In this document: piece after piece, positions 8,935 through 18,301 of the stretch
How positions within the stretch are numbered: the first letter of the stretch is position 1
Layout of the letters: every line of letters starts with the position of its first letter
NCBI GenBank assembly: GCA_965222375.1
Contig: CBDCTZ010000016.1
Coordinates: forward strand, 1,216,001 to 1,280,000
DNA length: 64,000 nt
Origin: Polyangiaceae bacterium
GTDB lineage: Bacteria > Myxococcota_A > Polyangia > Polyangiales > Polyangiaceae
Reading direction: 5' to 3'
The notes under the pieces: generated by a model
Databases searched by the model: none
What the model was told of the DNA's origin: nothing
Seen by the model: only the letters and a program-made list of their open reading frames with translations
Translations under genes and position numbers: made by a program

Positions 8935-10137
8935 TCAGCTCGGTGCGCAAGTCAACGAACTGGCTCTCCGACATTTGCCGGACAGACAGGTCAGGCCGAA
9001 CTGACACTTTGGGCCTGTGGAGTCGCTGCAACTCTCGCCTTCTTTCGCGACTTGCATGCAGGTGCCCGATTGGGCCCCGGAAGGCCTGACGCAGGTGGCG
9101 CCACCGCCGCAAACATAGTCGAAGTTGCCGTCGGGCGTGATGAATTGGCAAGCCTCACCCGCAGATGGAGGAGGCGGTTTCGTCACGCACTTCTTCGTGC
9201 TGTGGCTACAGTAGAGGGTGAGCTGGCACGAGAGCAACTCATATGGGTCACAAGTCGTGCCGAGGGGAAGCCGTTTGGAACAAGACCCAGAGATGCAAGC
9301 CAGTCCCGCAGCGCAGTCGTCCAATGGACTGCAGGCCTCGCCTTCCGCCTTCCTGGCCTGGCACTGGCCTGGATTGCCGAAAGTGCTGCTGCACTCCAGC
9401 TCATCTGCGCACTGGCTGGACGACGTGCAAGGTTCGCCGGCTTTCTTGAGCACCTGGCACGTTCCAGAAACACAGCCTAGACCTTTCTGGCACTCGTCTG
9501 TGCAGGTCTCCCCCGGTCCAGGAATCGCCTTGCAGGTTCCACACAGTCCGGACGACATCGAACAGTACCCGCTGGCGCATTGCCCGTGCGCATAACAAGT
9601 CGTTCCGTCCGTCTGCGCGCCGGGTCCAATGCACGCAGGACCCTCGAAGACAGCATAACTGGTCGTCCCGCAGGACTTGGAAGCAAGCTCCTCGCCCTGA
9701 GCCGCGTAGTAGGCTGGCTTGACGCCGTTGCCGGGTGCCGCGAGATAGTTCTGACAGTTGGCGCTGATCTGCTGGACGCAATCCGGAACGTCTGCAAACC
9801 CATAGGATAGCAAGGAGAGCTGCGAGCAGGCGAGCTGCTTGCAAGTTCCCTCGCCGAAGAGCTTGCATGCCTGTTCGGCTGTGACTGATGCGTGCTTGAG
9901 GCACTGGTGCGAACTCGGCGCGCCGCCCGTGCCAGCTGTACCTGCACTGCCGCTTGCGCCGCTGCTCCCGCTTGCGCCGCTACTGCCGCTGACGCCGCCG
10001 CTCCCACTGGTGCCGCCCACAGCGCCCGAGCCAGCCATGCCTCCGCCGGCAGCGCTTACTCCGTCGCCACTCGAGCCACAGGCGAGTAGGGGAAACATTG
10101 AAAACAAACCAAACGCGAAAGTGCAAAAACGAGTCAT
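8935..10137 (-). CDS. Cys-rich repeat lipoprotein
   Basis: Lipobox LLAC, Gly/Ser linker, repeated GExC...C..GL.C..G.C units. Confidence 0.8.
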   Translation of the reverse strand: MTRFCTFAFGLFSMFPLLACGSSGDGVSAAGGGMAGSGAVGGTSGSGGVSGSSGASGSSGASGSAGTAGTGGAPSSHQCLKHASVTAEQACKLFGEGTCKQLACSQLSLLSYGFADVPDCVQQISANCQNYLAAPGNGVKPAYYAAQGEELASKSCGTTSYAVFEGPACIGPGAQTDGTTCYAHGQCASGYCSMSSGLCGTCKAIPGPGETCTDECQKGLGCVSGTCQVLKKAGEPCTSSSQCADELECSSTFGNPGQCQARKAEGEACSPLDDCAAGLACISGSCSKRLPLGTTCDPYELLSCQLTLYCSHSTKKCVTKPPPPSAGEACQFITPDGNFDYVCGGGATCVRPSGAQSGTCMQVAKEGESCSDSTGPKCQFGLTCLSGKCRRASSLTCAPS

Positions 10138-10488
10138 CTCGACCTCCCTGACTCTTTGCTACGGAGACGCTGCTGCGCGTATCCCCGGCGAAGTAGTTCG
10201 AAAAAATGCTGGCATGCTGCACCATGCCAAACGCGAAGTGGGGAACGCCGTTTCGAAATCGTTTCGGTGTAGGCGAGACGCGCTCTACCCACGATGTGTT
10301 TCACACTTGGTGGTGTGGTACACCCGACCGCCATTCTTTTTTCAAGAAGGGCTTGCGACGGGAAGCTTCAGTTGCCCATGGCATCGTGATCCGCCTGGAT
10401 CTTCAACTGCCGATCTGGGCGGGTCGACGCGCTTCGCGATACCCGAGGCGTGCTACCCGACGGGGTGCATCCTTGGAGTGCCCCAAGG

Positions 10489-10732
10489 TCACCGTTCCCG
10501 CCCAGGCGCGGACGTCACGGCAGCGGCGTTGGGCTCTGGTCCAGAGCCACTACTTCCTCCCGCGTTGCCGCTGCCCGCAGTGCCGCCGCTTCCCCCTGCG
10601 TTGCCACTGCCCCCGGAGCCGGCACTACCCCCCGCGTTGCCGCTGCCCGCCGAACTGGCGTCGCTGCCGCCGGAATCGCTGCACCCCAGGCTTAGCCAAT
10701 GCCGCCACCGTTCCGACAGTCGTCCATCGCAT
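10489..10732 (-). pseudogene. Remnant of a Gly/Ser-linker lipoprotein gene
   Basis: MRWTTVGTVAAL is out of frame with LSLGCSDSGG-(GSGNAGG)n, which stops at 10489 just after the linker. Confidence 0.5.
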
Positions 10733-11047
10733 CGTCAGTCACCGCCGCCTAGCAAGCCCACTCACCGTCAACTCGAAACGGTATCATTCGGTCGCTATAG
10801 CGTCCACGCGGTCGCTCAGACAGCCGAGGCGCGGTGCAAACAACGCTTGCGCACAACCGGGGTCGTGGGTTGGTTTGGGGTCGGTTCCCTATCCGCCCTG
10901 GGGCACTACTCTCGCGCTTACCCCTGCGTTCGCGCTGAGCGACCAGGAAACGCGCTGCCCGTGCGAGCTGGCCGTCTCAGCAGTCACCCCACCGTTCCAC
11001 CAACTCACTGTAAGCTCCCGCTCGTGAGCGCGTTCATTCAGCCTGTC

Positions 11048-12073
11048 ATGCGTGTCCTCATCATGATCGCGCTCGGGATGAGCGTTGCCCTCGCCACGGG
11101 GCTGGCCCGCGGGCAATCGATGTCATCGGCCGAGTTCGTGCCGCCCACCGCCGTGGAAGGGCGTCACTTCAGAAGCGCTACCCACGATGTAGGTCCGACC
11201 GACGTGCGTCGCAATCCAGCGCTCTACGCCGGCACGGAGGTCTACTGGACTGGCGTCACGGCTGGACTCGAGGGCGGCGTGCCGATGGTGGAACATCACT
11301 ACTTCGATGGCGTGGTGGAGGGTGGCGGCGGCGTGTGGCTTTCTCCCTGGGGTGAAGGGAAGTTCTGCCTTTTGGGGCTCTCGCCGAAGCTCGCCGCACG
11401 CTTCAAGTGGGAGAAACCGAGCTTCGTTCGCGCCTACGGTCGCCCGGTCGTGACCAAGCAGGGATTGTGTCTGCGCGATGTCTTCGCGGTGGTCGGTGAT
11501 CGTGGCTTCACCACGACGGTTCTCGAATATGGTCCCGGTGGCAGTCACGACTTTTCCGCTAGCGATGCCGCTTTGCGCAAAGCGCTGCACTCACACCCGG
11601 AAGAGCGACTGCTCACCAAAGTCGGCTATCGACTGCTGCTGGGCGCACAGGTTGGGAAGACGAACTTCGATGATTCCCCTTTGGGTGTCGGCTACAACGC
11701 CGCACTGGAGCTATCTCTGCGCACGTCCCTGCGCACGGAGCTGGCCGTCATGGCCGGTCCCCATGCCTATCCCGAGTTCGGCGCACCCACTTCGCTGCAG
11801 ACCGCTGCTCTGTTCCGCTACTACGCGGTCGGAATTGGTATTGGCTTCGGCCCCCTGCTCGATGTGCCGCTACGTGACGACGAAGAACTGTGGATCGGCG
11901 GGCGCTACCTACCCATGATCGGCGATGCCCTTGGCAGTTGGGCCCTCGCACCCGTTGTCGGCGGCGGCATGGATATCAGTGCGACGCCGGATGGTGACGT
12001 TCGCTTCGTGCTGCAACTAGTCGTCGGTGTCGACGGCAACATCGGTTCTCTGGCGCAGCCGCCTGGTCGTTAG
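11048..12073 (+). CDS. Secreted protein, Slp-like OB-fold N-domain plus beta-barrel-like C-terminus
   Basis: Signal peptide MRVLIMIALGMSVALATGLARG, then DVRRNPALYAGTEVYWTGV. The upstream extension of the track ORF to 9839 is antisense shadow. Confidence 0.65.
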   Translation: MRVLIMIALGMSVALATGLARGQSMSSAEFVPPTAVEGRHFRSATHDVGPTDVRRNPALYAGTEVYWTGVTAGLEGGVPMVEHHYFDGVVEGGGGVWLSPWGEGKFCLLGLSPKLAARFKWEKPSFVRAYGRPVVTKQGLCLRDVFAVVGDRGFTTTVLEYGPGGSHDFSASDAALRKALHSHPEERLLTKVGYRLLLGAQVGKTNFDDSPLGVGYNAALELSLRTSLRTELAVMAGPHAYPEFGAPTSLQTAALFRYYAVGIGIGFGPLLDVPLRDDEELWIGGRYLPMIGDALGSWALAPVVGGGMDISATPDGDVRFVLQLVVGVDGNIGSLAQPPGR

Positions 12074-12244
12074 CAGATGCACCCGGTCGCCATCGGAAAG
12101 TTGGCAGGGCGAGGCTAGCCGCGCGCCGCCGACGAAAGTTCCCGTTTCTACTGCCGACCTTAGTAGCCGCCCCGGGGACTCACCCGGCGAAAACCGCCGT
12201 CCTGGGCGCCCAGATGGCCCTTGACGGAGATGGCCATTCGTATT

Positions 12245-12259
12245 ATTGGTACCTCCAAT
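12245..12259. promoter_or_regulatory. FadR-family operator overlapping the regulator start codon
   Basis: ATTGG-TACCT-CCAAT palindrome resembling PdhR/LldR-type ATTGGT-n3-ACCAAT. TTGACG at 12221 and TATTAT at 12241 lie upstream. Confidence 0.65.
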
Positions 12260-13004
12260 GAGCCAATTGGTCGACCCTTTCCAGCCGCTTCAGGTGCGTC
12301 GCTCGTCCGAGCGGGTCGCGGAAGCGATCCGCTCGAGCATCTTGGACGGCGTTTTTCGCCCGGGAGACAAGCTGCCGCCGGAGCGGACCCTGGCCGCGAA
12401 GTTTGCTGTGACACGCAACACGGTGCGGGAAGGGCTGCGTCGGCTGGAGCAGCTGCGCTTGGTCAGTATCCGCCAGGGTAGCGGGGTGACGGTCCAGGAC
12501 TACCTCAGTCATGCAGGCATAGAGTTCCTGAGCGCACTAGTGGGCTCCGAGGAGACGAAGCCACAGATCATCGAGCATATGTTCGAGGCGCGCGCCGTGC
12601 TCGGCGAAGCCATTCTCGTGCACTCAATCGAACACGCGGATTTGGATCGTCTCGGTGGCTTCGAGGATGCGGTGGAGGCGCTCGCGCACGAAGTCGAAGC
12701 GCCAAGTGGTCATCCCCGCGCGTTGCTGGATCTCGACTTCGACGTGCATACCTCGCTTGTTCGTGCGGGGGGCAATCAGGCTTTCGTACTGTTCATGAAC
12801 TCCATGCGCAGCATTTACGAACCCGTCGCCCAGCTCTTTGCCGCCGTTGTCGACGATCCGCGTCTACTGGTTGCCAAGTACCGCGACGCCCTCGTCGCGC
12901 TTCAATGCGGGGACCGTGAGCGTGCGAAGACGATCTTCCAGGAGGTCTTCCGTGCGGGGAAACCTGATCGAATCCAGCACAGGAAGGGGAAGCGACGAAG
13001 ATGA
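12258..13004 (+). CDS. GntR/FadR-family transcriptional regulator
   Basis: PGDKLPPERTLAAKFAVTRNTVREGL...QGSG wHTH followed by an FCD-like domain (DFDVH...GN). Confidence 0.9.
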   Translation: MSQLVDPFQPLQVRRSSERVAEAIRSSILDGVFRPGDKLPPERTLAAKFAVTRNTVREGLRRLEQLRLVSIRQGSGVTVQDYLSHAGIEFLSALVGSEETKPQIIEHMFEARAVLGEAILVHSIEHADLDRLGGFEDAVEALAHEVEAPSGHPRALLDLDFDVHTSLVRAGGNQAFVLFMNSMRSIYEPVAQLFAAVVDDPRLLVAKYRDALVALQCGDRERAKTIFQEVFRAGKPDRIQHRKGKRRR

Positions 13005-14122
13005 GCATCAGAGAAACCGTTCAGCTGGCGATGGGCAGCCTGGGCGCTGCTTCTGCCTGGGTCCGAGAGCGCCCTTTCATCGTCAACCATCTGGTGACGG
13101 TGCGCTGCAACCTGGCGTGCCCGTTTTGCTATGTTTCTGGGCCGGAGCAGCAGGAGTTCAACCGCCAGAACTACCCACAAAGGGCGGAGCTCACCACGTC
13201 CGAGGCCCGGCGATTCTATCAGCAACTCGTGCAAGAAGGCTTTCGCCTCGCAGTCATCGTCGGCGGGGAACCGCTGCTGCGCACCGACCTCGACGAGCTG
13301 CTCGGGGTCTTGCAACACAAGTTGTGGTCCACGGTATTCACGAACGGCTACCTCCTGGAGCAGCGGCATGAGCTGCTCCGTCGCGCGAACAACCTGTTCG
13401 TGTCATTGGACGCACCGGACGAGCAGCATGACGAGTTGCGAGCGCGACCAGGCACCTTCCAGCGAGCTCTCGCGGGCATCGACGCAGTTCGGAAGTATCA
13501 CCCGAGCGTGGCCGTCACCCTGAACATGACCGTCACGGAACACAACGTGAGTCGCGTGTCCGAGATGTTGAAGTTCGCTCAGGATCTGGACGTCCCGATC
13601 GCCTTTCAACCGCCGTCCTACGACGGCCAGTTCGCATTGGGCGACCGACCTCGGGAAGCTAGCGCGAGCAGCACGCCGAGTGTGACGCCAGTGAGTGAGG
13701 CCTTCGTTCGAATTCGTGAAGCTGCTGGGCGCGAGCAGCGAGTGATCGGCTCCGGTGCCTTCATGCAGCACGTAATCGATAACCGGCGACGCTATCCATG
13801 CCACTATCCGACGTACGTCTTGGGCCCGGTGCTGCCCAATGGCGACGTGCAAGGTTGCGTCGACAGCACCGTGATCGGCAACCTGCGGGAGAGCTCCGTT
13901 GCCGAGATCACGGCGAGCAGGGGCTTCCGAGCGAACAAGGAAGGTGGGCCGGGGTGCCCACATGGCTGCCGCGACTGGGGGATTTACGACGTGTCCGCCC
14001 TGAGACAGCGCACGATGGTCGCCAAGGACTTCCAACGCTACGGCAGGATGTTCTTGCGACGAGGGCAGCCGAAGGCTGCGCTGTGGCTCGCCAGTCGATC
14101 GCTTCCTGCTTCGACAGCGTGA
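13001..14122 (+). CDS. Radical SAM enzyme with C-terminal SPASM/twitch-like cysteines
   Basis: CNLACPFC, GGEPLLR, FTNG, VSLD, then C...NGDVQGC...CPHGC. ATGA overlap with the regulator. Confidence 0.9.
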   Translation: MSIRETVQLAMGSLGAASAWVRERPFIVNHLVTVRCNLACPFCYVSGPEQQEFNRQNYPQRAELTTSEARRFYQQLVQEGFRLAVIVGGEPLLRTDLDELLGVLQHKLWSTVFTNGYLLEQRHELLRRANNLFVSLDAPDEQHDELRARPGTFQRALAGIDAVRKYHPSVAVTLNMTVTEHNVSRVSEMLKFAQDLDVPIAFQPPSYDGQFALGDRPREASASSTPSVTPVSEAFVRIREAAGREQRVIGSGAFMQHVIDNRRRYPCHYPTYVLGPVLPNGDVQGCVDSTVIGNLRESSVAEITASRGFRANKEGGPGCPHGCRDWGIYDVSALRQRTMVAKDFQRYGRMFLRRGQPKAALWLASRSLPASTA

Positions 14123-14967
14123 CGACACCGGTTGATCAGCGTCACGTACCACTAGAACCGACCGCTCCCAACCGGGTTAGACTCGCGGGGATGGCTGAGG
14201 ACTTTCTCACCCGCGCTGCCCCGACGCACATCGAGTTCCCTTTCGAGGCGCTCGAGCCGGCCACCGCTTCAGTCAAGAAGCGGCTCGAACGTGAAGCCTT
14301 GCGGGTCAACGACCGATACCTCGAAGAGTTCTTGGAGAAGTACGCGTTCTGCCCCTACTCGCGTGAGGGCCGCAAGAAAGGGCAGGTGCATCGCTACGTC
14401 CATTACTGCGATAGCCACGATCCGGGGTCCCTGGTCGAACTCATGCACAAGGTGGCGGCGGATCCGCAACAAGTCGTGGTTCAGGTGATCATGCCGCTAA
14501 TCGATGCCTCCCCAGAGGGGTGGATCCGTTTTAGCCAAGAGCTCACCGACTACGGGCATGCTAGGCTCGGTGGCCCGAGTGTGCTGGCGTGCGCACCGCT
14601 TCACCCGGAGCTGCCCTACAACACGCTCAACCCAGAGGCGATGATTCCGCTGTTTCGCCGCACTCCCGACCCGACAATCCAGTGGGTGCGGCTGGATGGA
14701 CTGGCGTCGATCTATGAGGGGCGTGGGGGTGACACTGTCTTCGTCGACGCCAACGCCATAGGCGATTACATGGAGCACGTCAGCCCGCAGGTGAATCTCT
14801 ATGAACGGATCGCGGAGACCAATGCAGCCATGGCCAAGCGGCTGAGCTTTGAAGTCATCGAGGCGCTGCTGGGCTCCATCGCCAGGGACGCTCGGCAGAG
14901 CTATGCGCGCGTGCTTCTGGAAGGTGATCCGGAAGCGACGCATTCTGCGGGCGCCGAGTCGGGTTGA
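14119..14967 (+). CDS. DUF1415-like protein
   Basis: FCPYS, APLHP, RRTPDPTIQWVR, IAETN. GTGA overlap with the radical SAM stop. Confidence 0.65.
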   Translation: MTTPVDQRHVPLEPTAPNRVRLAGMAEDFLTRAAPTHIEFPFEALEPATASVKKRLEREALRVNDRYLEEFLEKYAFCPYSREGRKKGQVHRYVHYCDSHDPGSLVELMHKVAADPQQVVVQVIMPLIDASPEGWIRFSQELTDYGHARLGGPSVLACAPLHPELPYNTLNPEAMIPLFRRTPDPTIQWVRLDGLASIYEGRGGDTVFVDANAIGDYMEHVSPQVNLYERIAETNAAMAKRLSFEVIEALLGSIARDARQSYARVLLEGDPEATHSAGAESG

Positions 14968-15164
14968 CATCGATATCGCCAGGGACGCTCGGCAGCTGCG
15001 AGCGCGTGCTTCTGGAAGGTGATCCGGAGGCGACGCATTCTGCGGGCACCGAGTCGGGTTGACATCGATATCGCCAGGGACGCTCGGCAGCTGCGCGCGC
15101 GTGCTTCTGGAAGGTGATCCGGAGGCGACGCATTCTGCGGGCGCCGAGTCGGGTTGACATCGAT
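14878..15164. repeat. Three tandem copies (97/95/95 bp) of the DUF1415 gene 3' end
   Basis: Units 14878-14974, 14975-15069 and 15070-15164, each ATCGCCAGGGACGCTCGGCAG...GAGTCGGGTTGACATCGAT. Confidence 0.95.
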
Positions 15165-15208
15165 CACACGCCGGAATCGTGTGGCTCGCTAGTCTCGGCG
15201 CTCTCGAC

Positions 15209-15583
15209 ATGCCGGGAACGCCCGTGAAAATTGCTACGTGGAGTACGCTGCCGGATCGCAAACCCTCTGCCGCGGTGGTTTCAGAGCTGGACCTGGTGGT
15301 CGTCCGCTGTGGCGATGAGGTTGGCGTTTTCGACGGACGCTGTCCCCACCGGGCTGCCCTGTTGGCGCTTGGGCGCGTCGAAGGCGAGGATCTGATCTGC
15401 CCGGAGCACGGTTGGGATTTTCGAATCGAAACCGGCAAGAGCTCTTGCATCGGCGGTGAAGCGCTGCACAAGTTCGACGCGACGGTGGACGAAGCCCAGG
15501 ATGGCGTATTCGTCGATGAGGCGGAAATCGAGGCGTGGAAGGCTGCCAACCCCAGCGCTTTCCGGCCGGGTGAGTTGGGCTAG
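15209..15583 (+). CDS. Rieske [2Fe-2S] domain protein
   Basis: CPHRAA and CPEHGWDF motifs. Confidence 0.85.
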   Translation: MPGTPVKIATWSTLPDRKPSAAVVSELDLVVVRCGDEVGVFDGRCPHRAALLALGRVEGEDLICPEHGWDFRIETGKSSCIGGEALHKFDATVDEAQDGVFVDEAEIEAWKAANPSAFRPGELG

Positions 15584-15587
15584 AGCT

Positions 15588-15859
15588 CTGTTCGCGAGAA
15601 CCTTGGGGCCGGTTCGAGATGCTGTTCGCGAGAACCTTGGGGCCGGTTCGAGATGCTGTTCGCGAGAACCTTGGGGCCGGTTCGAGATGCTGTTCGCGAG
15701 AACCTTGGGGCCGGTTCGAGATGCTGTTCGCGAGAACCTTGGGGCCGGTTCGAGATACTGTTCGCGAGAACCTTGGGGCCGGTTCGAGATGCTGTTCGCG
15801 AGAACCTTGGGGCCGGTTCGAGATACTGTTCGCGAGAACCTTGGGGTCGGTTCGAGATG
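15588..15859. repeat. 34-bp tandem repeat, 8 copies, no spacers
   Basis: Unit CTGTTCGCGAGAACCTTGGGGCCGGTTCGAGATG. Single-base variants in copies 5, 7 and 8. Internal GAACC-N8-GGTTC inverted repeat. Confidence 0.95.
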
Positions 15860-15955
15860 CGCTTTCGAAATTCGAATCCTGCCTGCGTCGACGCGCTCAG
15901 TTGGGAGCGGGTGCGCGCGGCGGGTCACGCGGCAGCGACGATGTAAGACAGCATC

Positions 15956-17761
15956 GTGTACGTGCGCCGATCACCCGCACCGGGGCCAGATCGGCCGCAG
16001 GATTTCGAAGACTTTGCGCCCGGAGCTGACTTGCGTTTCATCTCGGCCTCGCAGGATGCCACGGGTGCCATCAGCGTCGGCGGTGGCGATACCAGTCTAC
16101 TCGGCAACTGCGGGATCAACTCGGCGAGCAGCGACATCCGCCGACCGCAAGTGTCCTGGGATGGCAAGTTGATCGCTTTTTCGGCGCGTACGTCAGCCAG
16201 TGAGCCATGGCGCATCTACACCGTCGCTCCGGACGGATCGGGATGTGCCGTAGAGCCCACCATCGATGCGCTGCCCGTCGATGATTCCGGCGCGGCGGTG
16301 CCAACCAATGGCGAGCTGATTCACAACTTCGATCCAGCCTTTGCCCCCGATGGAACCATCGTGTTCACCTCCACTCGGGGCAATACGAAGAACGTGACGG
16401 CCTTCGACTACCAGGGGCCGCAACGGGCTCCCGCCGACCCGTCCAAGCTCAACGCCAATCTCTATGTTCTAGAGGGCGGCAAGGTTCGCCAGCTGACGTT
16501 CATGCTCAACCAGGAGCTGCTGCCCACGTTCAAACGCAACGGGCAGGTACTGTTCATCGCGGAGAAGCGGGTCCCCGAGTTTTACCAGCTGGCGGACCGT
16601 CGCATCAACATCGATGGTGGCGACTACCATCCGCTTTACGGGCAGCGGCGCAGTATTGGCTACGACCAGGTCACGGATCTGGTGCATCTGGCAGACAAGA
16701 ACTTTGCCGCAATCTTCAGTGATCGCGGCGCTGTTCACGGTGCTGGGACGGTGGCGATTATCAACCGCTCCATCGGCCCCGACACGATCAGCGACGTCCC
16801 CGCGGACTACCCGGTCACGCCGAACGCTCCGGACTTCGGCAAAACTCCGTTCTTTCAGCGCGCTGTGCACTTCCCAGACCCCGCGGCTACCGGGCACGTT
16901 GCTGGCGGTACCCAGGGCGCATACCGCAACATCTCACCCTTGCCCAACGGCCAGCTGCTGGTCAGCTACGCGGCCAACGTCGTGGACCTCACTCAGTTCA
17001 GCGGCAACTTCGATGTCGTAATCCTCGATCCAATAACTGGCGCTCGCACGCCGCTCACTGGACTGAGCGATCCCGCCACTGACGAGCTGTGGCCCGTCGC
17101 GGTGGTCGGGAACTACGGCAAGAAGGTGTTTCGTTCGAGTCTGGCGACGGGTGTCAATGGCGCGGGTGTGATCTTCCCCAAAGACGACGGCCAGCCGCGG
17201 GTCGACCGGGCCCAACTCACCTACCTGGACGTCCCGGTGATTCTGAGCCTGGCTTTCCAGAACACGCGCTCCGGTCGCCCCATGCAGATGGGCGACTCTT
17301 TCCAGTTCTTTGAGAGCCTGCCGCCCGAGGGCGTGACCGATCTGAATCAGAGCAGCCCCTTCATTACCGAAGATTCCTACGGGCGAGTGTACTCACGGCG
17401 TCGGTTGATCGGCACCGTACCGTTCCTGTCGGATGGCTCGGCGCGAGTGCAGATCCCCGGTGGGGTCCCTTTCATCATCGGCGTCAATACTCAGCTCGCC
17501 GGCGACAGCGGCCTGACCTTGCACCTGCAGCGAGAAGAGGGGCAGTTCTACCCAGGCGAGTTCACTCAGCTGTCGTTCCGACGCGAGGTCTTCAATGGCT
17601 TCTGTGGCGGTTGCCACGGATCCGTTAGCGGCCAAGAGACGGACGTTGCGGCTCACCCGGACATGATCAGCCAAGCGTCCAAGGCGGCTGCCAACAAGGC
17701 CAAACCCTTGGACATCGTCAACGCCACCCGAGGCGCCGACGAAGGCCCGGATTTCCCCTAG
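15956..17761 (+). CDS. HzsA-like/TolB-like beta-propeller protein with CxxCH, probably 5'-truncated
   Basis: PQVSWDGKLIAFS and DPAFAPDGTIVFTSTR (PD40-like), DGSARVQIPGGVP, CGGCH at 17603-17617. No signal peptide; in-frame TAA at 15944. Confidence 0.65.
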   Translation: MYVRRSPAPGPDRPQDFEDFAPGADLRFISASQDATGAISVGGGDTSLLGNCGINSASSDIRRPQVSWDGKLIAFSARTSASEPWRIYTVAPDGSGCAVEPTIDALPVDDSGAAVPTNGELIHNFDPAFAPDGTIVFTSTRGNTKNVTAFDYQGPQRAPADPSKLNANLYVLEGGKVRQLTFMLNQELLPTFKRNGQVLFIAEKRVPEFYQLADRRINIDGGDYHPLYGQRRSIGYDQVTDLVHLADKNFAAIFSDRGAVHGAGTVAIINRSIGPDTISDVPADYPVTPNAPDFGKTPFFQRAVHFPDPAATGHVAGGTQGAYRNISPLPNGQLLVSYAANVVDLTQFSGNFDVVILDPITGARTPLTGLSDPATDELWPVAVVGNYGKKVFRSSLATGVNGAGVIFPKDDGQPRVDRAQLTYLDVPVILSLAFQNTRSGRPMQMGDSFQFFESLPPEGVTDLNQSSPFITEDSYGRVYSRRRLIGTVPFLSDGSARVQIPGGVPFIIGVNTQLAGDSGLTLHLQREEGQFYPGEFTQLSFRREVFNGFCGGCHGSVSGQETDVAAHPDMISQASKAAANKAKPLDIVNATRGADEGPDFP

Positions 17762-18125
17762 CGCTGGCCCCTGTATCGGGTTGCGCCAGTCATCGCAGTA
17801 GCTCCGCTGGCGCCGGAGATGCTCCATCTGGACAAAGCACGGCTTCGAGGCAGTTCTGGGCCGTAGTTGGGCGTGACAAGGTAAACTTCGAACAGGCATT
17901 CGCCTGGACGGACGACAGTGCCCTCGGTAGCTACGCGCCCTGGGCGCCCACGGAACCCGACAGCTCCGGGGCGCAACGGGCGGAAAGCTCGAGGATTGCG
18001 TGTTCGTGAACGACCTAGGTTCGTGGTTCGATGAAAATTGTGACACGACCGGGCTTCTGACCATCAAGTCATGGTGCTGCGAGCGAGCCCAGCCCTCGGT
18101 CACAACCTAGCACTGCCGCCTAGGA

Positions 18126-18150
18126 ACTTATATGCACTATGCATATAAGT
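18126..18150. promoter_or_regulatory. Perfect AT-rich palindrome, candidate protein-binding site
   Basis: ACTTATATGCA-CTA-TGCATATAAGT (11-3-11). Confidence 0.5.
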
Positions 18151-18301
18151 CGGCACCCGCGTGAGCAGGGGCCAACGAGGGAGCCGCGATGAACTCTCGA
18201 TGACGCCGATGGTGCGCCATCCCCCAAAACCAAGAACGGATGAGAGGGGCCTCGGGGAGGCTTTGGGGCTCGGGTGGGCTGGCGGCCCAGCGCGGGGCGG
18301 C

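Noticed and set aside
9839..11047. N-terminal 400 aa of the 744-aa track ORF
   Set aside because: The Pro/Leu-rich text is the antisense of Gly/Ser linkers. A proper signal peptide starts at 11048.
15588..15859. CRISPR array
   Set aside because: The units are contiguous with no unique spacers, and there are no cas genes in the window.
15456..16172. Repeat-protein ORFs across the 34-bp array
   Set aside because: The unit length is not a multiple of 3, and the frames are open only because the unit has no stop codon.
15956..17761. True hydrazine synthase (anammox)
   Set aside because: Only a domain-level resemblance, with no hzsB/hzsC context.
18126..18150. dif site
   Set aside because: The geometry is 11-3-11 and perfectly symmetric, unlike the 11-6-11 XerC/XerD arrangement.
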